Positions 1 to 13,923 of a stretch of 64,000 nucleotides of DNA are shown one piece after another. The notes beneath the pieces are model-generated. The model searched no databases, was not told where the DNA came from, and worked only from the letters and a program-made list of their open reading frames with translations. How positions within the stretch are numbered: the first letter of the stretch is position 1; the number at the start of each line of letters is the position of its first letter. The stretch is from Octopus sinensis (Eukaryota): contig NC_042997.1 in assembly GCF_006345805.1 (NCBI RefSeq), positions 68,262,001 through 68,326,000 of the forward strand, written 5' to 3'. The position numbers and the translations under genes were made by a program.

Positions 1-11
1 TCTATCTATCA

Positions 12-421
12 TCTTTTTCCTTTTAATTGTTTCATTGTCAGACTGCGGTCTTGCTGGGGCCAGCCTTGATAATAAATTGACCCCTGTACTTATATTTTTA
101 TAGGCTTAGTACTTATCATACCCTTTTTTCCCGTTGGAGTACTAATTTATGGAGACGTAAGCACGCAACACCGGTGTCAAACAGTGGTGGATGCAAACAC
201 AGACGCAAAGACACATACACATAGATATCTATATACACATACACATACACGCACGTGCGCGCGCACACACACGCACAAACGCATATAAACAGAAACACTC
301 ACAAGGCTTTAGTCGGCCCGAGACTATTGTAGAAGGCACTTGCTCAAGGTGCTACATGGTGAACCTGAGCCTGGATCGGGTCCATGTGGCTGGGAAGCAA
401 ACTACTTAGCACACAAAGCCG
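12..421 (-). mobile_element. tRNA-derived SINE, family 1 (has an internal TA/CA microsatellite)
   Basis: Matches other copies in the window (e.g. 16163-16560, 32205-32622). The reverse strand has a pol III A/B-box-like head near 421-350. Confidence 0.8.
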
Positions 422-468
422 TATAATATATATATATATATAATATATTATATATATATATATATATA

Positions 469-539
<71 letters not shown>

Positions 540-1685
540 AGGTATGTATGTATACAAAAGTTGGTATGGATTTGAGCGTTATTTACCAAGACAGGAGCTT
601 TCATATGGACTTTTGGCATTGCGACCTATAAATGAACTTGTTTATGTTGGCGGCGGGCGAGAGCCGTCCGTTATGTGGCGGCTTTATGAGGGATCCTCCC
701 TTTGGAAAATATTGCAGTATTTTGTGCTAACGCAACAGCGACTTTAAGTGAAAGATAAATATTACGTTTTGATATTAATACTGCTTCTGTCGCTATTAAT
801 TATTATCATTGTAATCCTTCATGTCGAATTGTGACAACGCCCACTCTGACAGTATAGTTAGTAAAACAAGTAAGACCACGACTACCTATGACATTCTATT
901 TCGTACTCTCTGTTTATACTGGCTAACGTCACCTTATTTATGGTGACTTTCACATACCACTCGTCCCGTGGGAGGGGTACCATTATTACTATTATCCCCA
1001 CAACAATTATATACCTAGCTAACTAGCTAGCTACCTACCTACCTACTTACCTATCTACCTACCTACCTACCTACATACCTACCTACCTACATACCTACCT
1101 ACCTTCCTACCTACCTACCTACCTACCTATCTACCTATCTACCTACCTATCTACCTACAAACATACATACATAGATACATACCTACATGCATATACATAT
1201 ATATACATATGTGTGTGTGTGTGTATGTATATGTATATGCATGTATATATGCACACATATACATACGTTTATATAAACGTATGTATATAGTAATGCTGAT
1301 GTTGCGCAGAAGACCACCATTGGCTATTGTCCATGTAAAATGCCAGCAATGGTCATGCATGAGGTCAATGCATCAGCAGTCGGCTTCACCCGGGCTCGCA
1401 TCTGCGGCTTCCATATTCGCCGCAGCACCCCTCTACTTGACCAGGCATCGGACAGACACCTCGCTTTGAATGACCTAAAAACCTAAAATTTAAGGTCTAA
1501 TAAGGCTTGCAAAATACCTAACAGACCCTCTCACTCTACTGACAAGTTCCAAATAGAAGCCAGGACAAAATATCCAGTGCCAATAGGAGTCGCAGGCAAA
1601 ATGAATGTGGGAGCACCATGATCTGAAGTGCAAGCAAAAGATCCCCAAAATGTTTAATGCTATTCCCTACGTACCCGGTTTTATA

Positions 1686-1996
1686 AAGCACTCCGTCGGT
1701 TACAACGACGAGAGTCCTAGCTGATACGATCAACGGAACAGCTTGCTCGTGAAATTAACGTGCAAGTGGCTGAGCAATCCACAGACACGTGTACCCAGGG
1801 AGATTCAGCGTGATAAAGAGTGTGACATAGCTGGCCCTTTGAAATACAGATACAACTCATTTTTGCCAGCTGAGTGGATTAGAGCAACGTGAAATAAAGT
1901 GTATTGCTTAAGGACACAACACATCGCCGGGAATTGAACTCACGACTTTACAATCGTGAGTCGAATGCCCTAACCACTAAGCCACGCGCCTTCACA
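1686..1996 (-). mobile_element. tRNA-derived SINE, family 3, full length with 14-bp TSD
   Basis: Minus-strand head GGCGCGTGGCTTAGTGGTTAGGG...GTTCAATTCC. Direct repeat TACCCGGTTTTATA at 1672-1685 and 1997-2010. Homologous copies at 47556, 49583 and 56495. Confidence 0.9.
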
Positions 1997-2190
1997 TACC
2001 CGGTTTTATATCAGAACGATCCTCTCCTAGAGACACGCTTTAAAACCAACCCGGAATTTCCGGGGGCCCATACTACTACTGAATAGTTGTGGAACCTACA
2101 CTAAGTTCCTACGTCTTTTTGAAAGATCTTTTTTTAAGTCTTGTTGGGTTTCTTGCAACCGACCTTACTAGGCATGCCTAGTCGTTATAT

Positions 2191-2246
<56 letters not shown>

Positions 2247-2314
2247 ATATATATAATATAAATAATTATAAATACATATATGTACATACCTACATCTATA
2301 TGTATGTATACATG

Positions 2315-2495
2315 CATATATGGGTTATAGACATGAAAACAAAAACGTTGACCTCAATGAGAAACGAAAACATAAAAACAAAAGCATAGAAACGAACTGT
2401 TTTCAAACAACGAAAAGACCCCAGAGAAACAAGGTATACAACACAAGGAATATTCCCCTTCTTCATTTGTCTCTATTCATCTACTCCGCGTTCGT
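2315..2495. repeat. Interspersed repeat fragment, same family as 36855-37210
   Basis: Shares GAAAACAAA...ACATAGAAA...AATATTCCCCTTCTTCA(T/G)TTGTC with 36900-36985. Both copies sit between (TA)n tracts. Confidence 0.6.
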
Positions 2496-2611
2496 ATATA
2501 CATACATATATAACTATATATATATATATATAATTATATATATTATATATGATATAAGAGAGAGAGAGAGAGAGAGAGAGAGACACGCACATACATATAT
2601 ACATATGCATA

Positions 2612-2643
<32 letters not shown>

Positions 2644-2649
2644 CATGTT

Positions 2650-4560
2650 TGCGTATACGAGCTCCATTGCTCGGGTACCGAACATATGAAAATGGTTTTG
2701 TTACACTTATATAACTTATAGCAAAAATTTATGTAATGATTTTTAAATGCTCCTATATTTGCATAATTATATTTATAGTAAAGAAGAAACATGTTTATAG
2801 TTTCCAGGTTTCCGTGAAGTGTATAATTTTTGAGAGTGTGTTTATTGATAATTTTTATTGTAATTTAAGATAATAGTGTCGTTATGTTTTAATTTATTTA
2901 TTTTCTCGTAATTCTAAATTGATATTTAATATATTACACAAAATCACTTCTAAGAGAAATATGTTTATTCAACAAGAGCTCGTGGGCATAGTACTTGTCT
3001 TGTTCTGCAGTTCGGTGCACTGATTAAAAGATATCTTGACATACAACATAGAGCTGACTAAGAGACACAAAGATTAACTTGTTTATTCTATCTCTGATGG
3101 ACTGTGATTCATATTGAGGATGACATATGAAGACAGTAAACTGAATACTTATAAGTAACGTTGCATATCTGATAGGATGCAGAGGATACGTGACATGAAC
3201 ACATCTCCCTAGTCATAAGCTTTCATGAGCATAACAGTCTTGGCGTTTAGTCAAGTACTGTTAATGAGTTGTGATGCATTTTGATATCATAGAAACATAA
3301 TGTGTGTTCTGTCTTTTAGCTGTATATTGTGAAGGGAGATCCCAGCGTGTCGAAGAGAAACAAAATATGTTTGGTACATCGTTAACACCATCCCATGCGA
3401 GAACCGACTAATACCACCTGGAATGAGCTGGTACTTGTTTAATGATGATTTTGGGGATCAACGATAGATCTTTATAAAGCCACTTGTGGTTGCTATAATT
3501 CTTTAAGCAATTATGAGTAAACTTTCAATAGCGTTTACTATGTCTTGAGATAGGATGATTGTTCCGCATTGAGTGTCAGGTGATGTAGCTGACCAGTAGC
3601 CCCACCATTTGAAGTAAAATATTTGCAAACTGGGTTACTAAGATATCTGTATAAAGTGCAACTCATAATCGTAGAAAAGTGATATTCCCCAAAATACAGG
3701 ACTTTTTGAGATATGCTGTCAACTCATCAACAGGTGTATCTTTCAGAGAGGCTGGTAGAGTTTGCCTGAAATCACCAGTGAGTAAGAGAGTGACTCAAGA
3801 CATGGTATTAGCGCTTCCTCTGACGCTTTGTAAGATGCAATTAAAAGTCATACATACAAACCCTCGAGACATTGTACATTTATTTCATACGTTCAGCGTG
3901 GCCAGCCTTAGAACTTCCACGCAAGTCTGCTCTGCGTACAAGTTTGAGTGGAAGGTTAAAAGTGGAATGAATAGTCTTACCACGTGTGAACTAAGTTATG
4001 GCTATTCCTATTCCGGATAAGGACACTACAATAGCAGTTTATCAATACCAGGCTGGTAAAAATGTTTTACTGTTCCACCAGAGATATCAAGGAAAGCTGT
4101 TCCTTCTTAGTCAGCGCCCACCACACGTTTGATCATTGTATAAACTTTTTAAAATGTAGAACAAAGAATACATATACACTTCAGGTTTCATGAAGAGTCC
4201 CCCTCGGCTAAGTGTTTGCATTGGAATTAGCACGCTACACGCGTCAATATTCTTGCCTTAAATGGACTAATGTAATAGTGGTTAGGTCGTACATGGAGGA
4301 GGCTAACTTATTAAAAATACCACACAGTATGTTTCTTGCTTTTTGTTTTTCACTTTTACTCAACTTGAGAGTGTAAGACTGCATCATCTTCTAAAGTATT
4401 GTTCCAAGAGACACTGCTTCTGGCAAACTTTGCTGAACCTTGTACAGTGATACCAAGCAGCCGTTTATGGGGCTCTGCAGTGAGGTTGTACCATGAACGT
4501 TCTGCATGTGCTGTAAATTTGAATATGTTATCAAATTTTCTCATTTAAAAATCATATCTT
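2650..4560 (-). mobile_element. Decayed Helitron; PIF1-type helicase half of RepHel
   Basis: Hand translation of the minus strand gives PIF1/Helitron motifs in the correct order: FLDISGGT-K (Walker A, ~4096-4061), GKTIHSTFNLPL (~3985-3950), CTMS (DECTM-like), VTLLLTGDFRQTLP (~3795-3753), GISLHNIQLK, GDVFMSRILCILSDM, IQFTV and SQLYVVC (~3060-3040). Many stops and frameshifts. Boundaries are approximate. Confidence 0.8.
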
Positions 4561-4645
4561 CAAAAAGTTAGTACGCAATTTAAAACACGTGGGAGATTAA
4601 GTTATTTCATTGTTTCATACCAAAATTTTATATATCGCTCGCAGA

Positions 4646-4790
4646 CCATGCTTGCTTGCTTCCAATCCACATGGCTCTGGGTTCAGTCATACTGCTTGAG
4701 ACCTTGAGTAAGTGTCTTCTACTATAGCCTCGGGCCGACTAAAGCCTTGTGAGTGGATTTGGTAGACGGAAACTGGAAGAAGCCCGTCGT
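4646..4790 (+). mobile_element. SINE family 1, 5' half (3' half at ~8060-8245)
   Basis: GGGTTCAGTC...AAGTGTCTTCTACTATAGCCTCGGGCCGAC...GAAGCCCGTCG runs into the (TATC)n tract that hosts the LINE. Confidence 0.8.
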
Positions 4791-4791
4791 A

Positions 4792-4895
<104 letters not shown>

Positions 4896-7475
4896 AGGGG
4901 CACGAATTGCTCTAGCCAAGTAAACTGTGTGAGGCCTTTCAACAGCATTTTGCCCGACTGTTCGAGACGAGTGGCGGGCAAGAACGTAGGGTGGACTTCA
5001 GTGCCTATCTACACAGCCGACCACGACTCTCGACAAGAGAGGCAGGGCGCTGGGAAGATGCCATCACGGCGGTGGAAGTGCAGAACACGATGGCAGAATG
5101 CTCGAGGGACAAATCGCCGGGTTTGGATGGTCTACTCTACGAGCTTTACAGTTGTATGCCAGACTTGTTTGGAGACGTCTTGATAGCGGTGTACTGCAAC
5201 TGGCAGCAAAACGGGAGCATTCCTGGTTTTGTGAGCCGAGGAGCCGTAACACTGCTGAAGAAAGATCTAAACAAGGGGAATGTAATAGATAACTTTAGGC
5301 CCATCACTCTGCTTAATGCAGACTTGAAAATTTTGGCCAAGGTGTTAGCCAAGAGGTTGGCGCTTGTCCTTGAGAAATTGATCGACAAGGTGCAAACATG
5401 CGCCTGCCGGGCCGGAGCATTCATGACAATCTCCACCTGATGCGCTACATCATAGACAGGGTAGTTAAGGAACCTGGCATGGGTGGGGCGCTGATCAATT
5501 TGGATCAATCGAAAGCTTTCGATAGGGTAAATCATCGATACTTGGAGGCTGTCCTCAGAGCGGCTGGTTTCGGTCCCGTCTTCCGCGGCTGGATAGCCGC
5601 TTTGTACAGAGGTATCCGTTCGGTAATTCGCGTAAATGGACATCTATCGAGACCTTTCGACATTGCATGTTTGGTTCGTCAGGGATGCCCCCTCTCGTCG
5701 CTTCTCTACGTATTGACTCTCGAGCCATTATTGCGGAAGCTGGCAACTCTGAGAGGCATCCCGCGAGAATTAGGATGCGGGACGAGCATGTCTGCATACG
5801 CGGACGATGTCACCGTCATAGTGTCTAGCCGCGAGCACATCGAGCAGGTCGGCGAGACACTGAAAGACTACGAAGCGGTGACAGGAGCGAAAATCAACCG
5901 GGAAAAATCAGTGGGCTTGCGGCACGGCACCTGGAGAAGCAAGCCCATGCCGTAAACCAGCGCCTCCATCGTGGGACGCTGGACCGACGGTCCGGCTGAG
6001 TTGCTCGGGGTCTGGTTTGGTCCGAACCTCCAAATGAAGAAAAACTGGAACGAGATAACGAGTAGGGTGGTCACTCTCTGCAGGCAATGGACCGAGAGGA
6101 AACTGTCCCTAAAAGGTCGGGCGGAGGTGGCGAACTCGTACATCGCGTCCGTCATCTACTACCGCCTGACCGTCGTGCCCTGTCCCGACCCTACTATCAC
6201 CAAACAGAACTCATTCTCTTTCGCTTCTTGTGGAAAGGATGCGTCCCGATGGTCAGGCGATCCATTTGCTGTCAACACCCGTTAAAAGGAGGACTGGGCA
6301 TGCCGTGGTTGATGATGCGCAGACATGCACTGGGACTGCGACATCTCAGGCTCTACGTAGACGACAGTGAACATGTGTGGTCGCCGTTTGTGAGGCACGC
6401 TTTACCGCAACTCATCTCTATGACCGAACTGCAGTCGTGGATCAAAAAGAGGCCGAGAAAGGGCGAATGGCACCGCGAGCGTCGCGTTGCTCTCAAGCAA
6501 CTATGCCGTCCCGGGTCGACCTTGAGTGACTCCATCACAACCCAAGCATTTTATAGGGGATTAGTGGAGGGGAGGTACGACGATGAGCTCGGGGCAAACC
6601 TGGACGTCGACGAGGAATACCTGACCCGCCTGTTCAGGACGACTTTCGGGCCAGGGCCCATGGACAACTTCCAGATCCCTGGCCTGGTAGTGCTACCGAG
6701 AAGCGCTACCCGTTCGGAATAAGCTCTACAGACACGTCTCGAGAAACACGGGGCCGACCTGCCCGAGATGCGGTCAGAGCGATGAAACCGTTCTGTACGC
6801 ACTCGTGGGCTTATGTCGAACGACTGCTGTCACGTGTGGGACGGGTCGGTTTATCAGCCGAGTCTATCGTCAATATTGTCACGTCTCCTTCCTTCAAACG
6901 GGAAGGAAGAGCTATTTTCATCATCCTTGTGGCCATGGCGAAAGAATGTATCTGGTGGACGCGTCTGAAAGGATTGGAGACAAACACTTTCCTCTCTGGT
7001 CAATCTCTCATCAACTTCTTCAAGTATCACTTGAAAAGCAAGGTGAGAGTAGAGAGGCAAGTTTTGTGTAGCGAGTAGCAAGGATGGCACGTATGAATGA
7101 CAAAGCCACCTTGAGCATAATCCTATGAACCCGGAAATTTAAAACAGAGGGTTACCTACTTGCAAACAAATGTGGTAACATGTAACAATATTGATCGAGG
7201 TTACCGTGATATTTTCCGTAGACTTTTCTTCCCACGGATAAACCTTATCTGCTTCCCCCTTTACACCTTACATCATGAGACTGTGAAACACGATCCCTAT
7301 TGATCGTTTTTTTGTTTCTTTTCCTTTTTTTCTTTTTTTTCTTCTTTCCCTTTTACGATCCCTTTTGATCGAAAACCTTCCCCACCTTTTTTTGTTTTCT
7401 TTCCCCAAAAAAGAAAAGCTCTACTTTGTAATCTGTCCCGTCCGTGTGCAGTCCTGTGTGGCTAATAAAGAAACA
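4896..7475 (+). mobile_element. 5'-truncated L1/Tx1-type non-LTR retrotransposon embedded in (TATC)n
   Basis: ORF2 RT fragments, a T-rich 3' UTR, and AATAAA at 7464-7469. The element ends GGCTAATAAAGAAACA and runs directly into (TATC)n; (TATC)n also lies immediately upstream. Confidence 0.9.
4991..7078 (+). pseudogene. Frameshifted ORF2 (reverse transcriptase plus C-terminal zinc knuckle) of the L1/Tx1-type element
   Basis: ORFs 4991-5440, 5398-5955, 5971-6285, 6087-6722 and 6782-7078 carry KSPGLDG, FRPITLLNADLKILAKVLAKRL, LDQSKAFDRV, VRQGCPLS, AYADDV, KINREKS, LSLKGR and GGLG. CPRCGQSDETV is encoded at ~6760-6795. Confidence 0.9.
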
Positions 7476-7495
7476 TATCTATCTATCTATCTATC

Positions 7496-7528
<33 letters not shown>

Positions 7529-7529
7529 G

Positions 7530-7597
<68 letters not shown>

Positions 7598-7600
7598 ATA

Positions 7601-7636
<36 letters not shown>

Positions 7637-7639
7637 GTG

Positions 7640-7686
<47 letters not shown>

Positions 7687-7772
7687 GTGTATGTATTATA
7701 TATATATAATATATATATTATATATATATATAACATGTGTATGTATATATATATATATAGATACATAGTGTA

Positions 7773-7814
<42 letters not shown>

Positions 7815-7964
7815 ATATTACGGAGATGTACTCGCATAGCAAGTATTTGATCTGAGATCGTGTGCTGAAACGAAAACAATTGCAGCGTGGAAGGTGTTTA
7901 TAAGGCATTAAGAAACACACAAAAGCCTTCGATTCACTCCAACATTTAAGTTTAATTTGTCATG

Positions 7965-8030
<66 letters not shown>

Positions 8031-8059
8031 CATATGTAATATATATATATGCATATATG

Positions 8060-8245
8060 TATGTGTGTTTGTATGTGTTGTGTGGTGTGCGTGTGGTTGC
8101 GTCTCTGTTTGTCCTCCTGCCATCGTTTGATGTCTCTGTAACATAGCGGTTTGGCAATGTCCTGGGGTCGATTTGTTCGACTAACAGCATTTAAAGCGGC
8201 GCTCCAGCATGGCAGCAGTGAAATAACTGAAACAAGTAAAGGAAA
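8060..8245 (+). mobile_element. SINE family 1, 3' half
   Basis: GTCCTGGGGTCGATTTGTTCGACTAA...CCAGCATGG...ACTGAAACAAGTAAA matches the family 3' end. Confidence 0.75.
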
Positions 8246-8442
8246 AAAAAAAAAAGAAATATCTGTAACTGGGGCAAGATACACACACACACGTACACGC
8301 GCACATACACTCACTCACACACACACACACACACACACACGTGCGAACACACATTTCACGCACTCACACAAAAGCATATGTATATATAGGTATAACTACA
8401 TAAAATGTGTTAGAGCGTGAGAGAGTAAGTGAGTGAGTGAGT

Positions 8443-8480
<38 letters not shown>

Positions 8481-8769
8481 GACTGAACGTGAGAGAAACA
8501 TTGTCAGTTTGACATGATTGACTGACAGGTTTTCTGAACTATTCCATTACGACATTCAGTCTCCCTGCACCTCATTTCCTGGTGCAGTCCTGTTTTACCC
8601 CAAAAGTAGACCTTGAACACGAGATTTGGTTTGTTGATACGTTTTTCTGGGAAGCATTTTGATATCCACAAGAAATTTGGTAAAGATTCATTGAAAAATG
8701 TTAACATTTCATGTCAAACACATTCTCACACAATCCAATTATGCATATATGGTGTTATGGACGTATGAT

Positions 8770-9905
<1,136 letters not shown>

Positions 9906-10184
9906 AATTGATTTTCAGAGATGTTTGAACTCAGAATCTGAGTAAAGAGCTTGAACAAAAAATGCAAAACATCTTATCTGACGTTCTAAAGATTCTAACA
10001 GTCCAGAACAAAATAGATTTTGCATTCATATAATTATTCCTTCTTTGCCATGGTGTTGAACAATTTTTAGATCCCGGGAAGTACATTTATATGCTCTATT
10101 TACATTTATATGTTCTTACGAAGGAGAAAACCCTGTATTATATTATTGATATGATGCTGTTATTGATATTATATGAGTAAACAA

Positions 10185-10398
10185 GGCAGTAAGCTAGCAG
10201 AGTCGCTAGCACGCCGGACACAATACTTAATGGCATATCGTCTGTCTTTACGTTCTGAGTTCAAATTCCGCTGAGGTCGACTTTTCCTTTCATCCTTTCG
10301 GGTCAGTGAAGTGAGTACCAATTGAACACTGAAGTTGATGTAATAGTGTATGCCCTCCCACAAAATTTCGGGCCTTGTGCCTATAGCAGAAAGGATTT
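10185..10398 (+). mobile_element. tRNA-derived SINE, family 2
   Basis: A-box-like head, GAGTTCAAATTCC B box, and central GTCGACTTT.CCTTTCATCCTTTCGGG. Homologous to 22084, 22306, 50030 and 62383. Confidence 0.8.
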
Positions 10399-10633
10399 TG
10401 CATGAGTGGACATTAGGATATTTTTAATATATTTAGATTACTCAGTAGACTCTTACCTTGTTCGTCAATGGGTCATTATCTCTGTGGTGGCGAATGGGCA
10501 AGGGATATGTTGTTGTAGGGGCAAGACCGGTTTATCTTTGCTGTAATGCCTCAACGCTTATTTGAAATTGTAATACATGCCGAGAATTATACACGCTCAC
10601 ACGCACGCACGCACGCACGAACGCACGCACACA

Positions 10634-10695
<62 letters not shown>

Positions 10696-11207
10696 CACAC
10701 TCACATCTACATACACAGACTGACAGGAACATACAGAAACCTTACACCCAATTGTAACATCCAGTCAGACATACACATTAGCTCACATACACACGTATAA
10801 TCAAACACGAACGCACACATACATACATATATACATACATACATACATGCAAACATACGCACAAATAAAAAATTAAAGGACACAAATATATATACACAAA
10901 CGGAAGTATACACATATCACGCACAAACACATTCACACATGTATTCCTAAACATACATACACGTATCTTTTAAGCATACATATTTGCTTGCGTGCTGGAA
11001 GCTTCTGTGTTTTCTATTTTGTGCTTACAGTGGCCAGGTGGAGAGTAATGAGCTTAGTTGTTTGATGAACAAACACGTCATTTACCTCAAGGGTTGGGGC
11101 AACCTAATTACTCTGACTTCGATAAGATTATATATACATGCAAGCATATAAACAGAGAGACATACATACACACACTTCTGCGCACACATATATTGTATAT
11201 ACATACG

Positions 11208-11314
<107 letters not shown>

Positions 11315-11329
11315 GTATGTCTTTCTATT

Positions 11330-11479
11330 CCTTTTACGATCCCTTTTGATCGACCCCCCCCTTTTTATTATTTTTTATTTTTTTATTTTTATTTTTTATT
11401 TTTTTTACCTTCAAAAGAAAAGCTCTACCTTGTAATTTGTTCTATCTGTGTGCAGCCCTGTGTGGCTAATAAAGAAACA
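11330..11479 (+). mobile_element. Short 3'-end copy of the same Tx1-type LINE, inside (TATC)n
   Basis: Aligns with 7350-7475 (CTTTTACGATCCCTTTTGATCGA...CCTGTGTGGCTAATAAAGAAACA). (TATC)n lies on both sides. Confidence 0.9.
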
Positions 11480-11573
<94 letters not shown>

Positions 11574-11708
11574 AGCATCTACCATCCTACCTCCCTCTCT
11601 CCCTCCCTCCTTCAAAAAAAGATGGGTGAATGTAGGTGGAAAGAATAGTACTTGAATACCGAAGGTAGAGAGATATGCTTTTTTAATTCTGCAAAAACAT
11701 AAAAGAAA

Positions 11709-11748
11709 ACTGTTACTCAGAGTTTCACGTTCCTGTTCGTTGGACAGT
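11709..11748 (-). ncRNA. Degenerate minimal hammerhead-like motif in a Penelope-like fragment (~11620-11810)
   Basis: Minus strand reads ACTGT-CCAACGA-ACAGGAACGT-GAAA-CTCTGAG-TA-ACAGT. Stems I and III and the GAAA/UA elements are intact, but the core differs from CUGANGA at two positions. Confidence 0.5.
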
Positions 11749-11897
11749 TGTGATCAAGACTATTGCTCAGAACTGTCTGGGTAAAGATTTTGCAGCTTTA
11801 GTAAAAAAGTATATATATATATATACTCTTTTACAAAAAATGCTATGCAAAATGACCGTTATACCCCGTTATACCGTTTTCATAGCATTTTTCCGCT

Positions 11898-11969
11898 GGC
11901 CGGATAACTGAAGAGATGGCGGCGTGGATTTCCACCTCGGCATCCGAAACTCGGAGTTTCATCATAGCT
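11898..11969 (+). ncRNA. Type-I minimal hammerhead ribozyme motif, copy 1
   Basis: CTGAAGA at 11908-11914; stem II GATG..GTGGA-TT-TCCAC..CATC; GAAA at 11946-11949; stem III CTCGGAG; UH = TT. Stem I has mismatches. Confidence 0.65.
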
Positions 11970-12060
11970 ACCGAATACTTGTCTCATATTACATTTACAG
12001 ATACATTCCTCTATTTACATAATATCGATGTCTCTTTCTTTCTTTTGTTGCCTTATCATC

Positions 12061-12104
<44 letters not shown>

Positions 12105-12193
12105 TGATAAGGCAACAAAAGAAAGAAAGAGACATCGATATTATGTAAATAGAGGAATGTATCTGTAAATGTAATATGAGACAATTATTCGGT

Positions 12194-12265
12194 AGCCATG
12201 ATGAAACTCCGAGTTTCGGATGCCGAGGTGGAAATCCACGCCGCCATCTCTTCAGTTATCCGGCC
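12194..12265 (-). ncRNA. Type-I minimal hammerhead ribozyme motif, copy 2
   Basis: Reverse complement of the same motif; stem I has one mismatch. Confidence 0.65.
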
Positions 12266-12332
12266 ATCGGAAAAATGCTATGAAAATGGTATAACGGGGT
12301 ATAACGGTCATTTTGCATAGCATTTTTTCGAT

Positions 12333-12404
12333 GGCCGGATAACTGAAGAGATGGCGGCGTGGATTTCCACCTCGGCATCCGAAACTCGGAGTTTTATCAT
12401 GGCT
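12333..12404 (+). ncRNA. Type-I minimal hammerhead ribozyme motif, copy 3 (best stem I)
   Basis: GGCCGGATAA-CTGAAGA-[stem II]-C-GAAA-CTCGGAG-TT-TTATCATGGCT. GATAA/TTATC pairs perfectly and extends through GGCCG/TGGCT with one bulge. Confidence 0.75.
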
Positions 12405-12449
12405 ACCGAATAATTGTCTCATGTTACATTTATATATATATATATATAT

Positions 12450-12683
12450 GTATGTGTGTATGTGTGTGTAATATTTGTGCGTCGTGTTTGTCCCCCTAGC
12501 ATTGCTTGACAACCGATGCTGGTGTGTTTACGTCCCTGTCACTTAGCGGTTCGGCAAAAGAGACCGATAGAATAAGTACTAGGCTTTCAAAGAATATGTC
12601 CTGGGGTCGATTTGCTCGACTAAAGGCGGTTCTCCGGCATGGCCGCAGTCAAATGACTGAAAGAAGTAAAAGAGTAAAAGAGT
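12450..12683 (+). mobile_element. SINE family 1, 3' half
   Basis: Close match to the family 3' region, ending ACTGAAAGAAGTAAAAGAGTAAAAGAGTA. Confidence 0.85.
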
Positions 12684-12761
12684 ATATATATATATTATAT
12701 GTATATATAATATATATATAATTAAATCTCAGAATGAGATTGAAACAGTAATCGCTCGATA

Positions 12762-13059
12762 ATGTAAAGTATAGAAGCCATCTTATCATGGCTAACCACA
12801 CTGGGGAGGGGGTGTTACTGTAGCTTTATAGCCCCAAGAGATCGTCGTCTCTAGCTGGCTTTAGACACAATATCAGTGCCCTTGGAGTATTTGCAAAGGG
12901 AGGCGAGGAAGTGATGGGCTCCCTTTGCAAATACTCCAAGGGCACTGATATTGTGTCTAAAGCCAGCTAGAGACGACGATCTCTTGGGGCTATAAAGCTA
13001 CAGTAACACCCCCTCCCCAGTGTGGTTAGCCATGATAAGATGGCTTCTATACTTTACAT
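12762..13059. repeat. Perfect 141-bp inverted repeat with 16-nt loop, inserted in (TA)n
   Basis: 12762-12902 is the exact reverse complement of 12919-13059. An unpaired ~40-bp extension lies at 12720-12761. Confidence 0.95.
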
Positions 13060-13104
13060 ATAATATATATATATCTTCTATATATGTATATATAATATAT
13101 ATAT

Positions 13105-13521
13105 ATATCTTCTGCTTGTTCCAGTCATTATACTGCGGCCATGCTAGGGCACCGCTTTCAATTTTTAGTGGATGGAATCGGCCCTAGTATTTCTTTTATT
13201 AAGACTTGTACTTATTCTATCGGACTCTTTTTGTCGAACCGCTAGATAACAGGGACGTAAACACACCAACACCGGTTGTCAAAGCAGTGATGGGAGGGGA
13301 CGAACACAGACACATAAACACACCCTCATAGATACGCACACACACACACATATATATACGACGGGATTCTTTCAGTTTCCATCTGCCAAATCCACTCACA
13401 AGGCTTTGGTCTGTTCGAGGCTATAGTAGAAGACACTTGCCCAAGGTCGCACGTAATGGAACTGAACCCGAACCATGTGGTTGGGAAGCAAGCTTCTTAC
13501 AACACACCCACTCCTGCACCT
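13105..13521 (-). mobile_element. SINE family 1
   Basis: Full-length homolog of 16163-16560. Confidence 0.85.
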
Positions 13522-13552
13522 ATATATCTATATGTGTGTGTGTGTATATATA

Positions 13553-13636
<84 letters not shown>

Positions 13637-13823
13637 TATATACAGATAATGTGAGTATATAGGAATAAAATTATCTAGGCGGTTACCGTCGTAACTCTCA
13701 TGATGTGGGCTATACCACGGTTACTGTGGTATAGCCCACAGAATGTTGACAGAAACCTCTGTGACATGGTATTTTAAACTAGCCACAAGAAAATACATTA
13801 ACTCAGCTCGCTCCTAACCATAC

Positions 13824-13923
13824 TTGCTGAAAGACCCTGAATGAAGGTACACAGAAAAGTATGCTGGTTGCCTGTGCAAATGCACAACCTCTGTGTTACA
13901 GAAACACGTGTTGGTCATTGCAA
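13824..13923 (+). ncRNA. Hammerhead-like motif with long stem II, in a Penelope-like fragment (~13665-14000)
   Basis: GACC-CTGAATGA-AG-GTACACAGA...TCTGTGTTAC-A-GAAA-CACGTG-TT-GGTC. Stem III is palindromic and the core has one extra base. A 17-bp hairpin at 13706-13742 lies upstream. Confidence 0.6.

Larger units (their letters stand above)
11836..12431. mobile_element. Double-foldback non-coding element with three hammerhead motifs (Penelope-like pLTR architecture)
   Basis: 11836-12060 is a near-exact inverted copy of 12104-12328 across a (TA)n(GA)n spacer. 12317-12431 folds back again onto 12167-12282. Confidence 0.8.

Noticed and set aside
600-1010. Solo LTR
   Set aside because: No clear TG...CA boundaries, TSD or second copy in the window.
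1930-1996. tRNA gene
   Set aside because: The A/B boxes belong to a SINE head that continues into a repeated body with a TSD; no full cloverleaf. The same applies to the other SINE heads.
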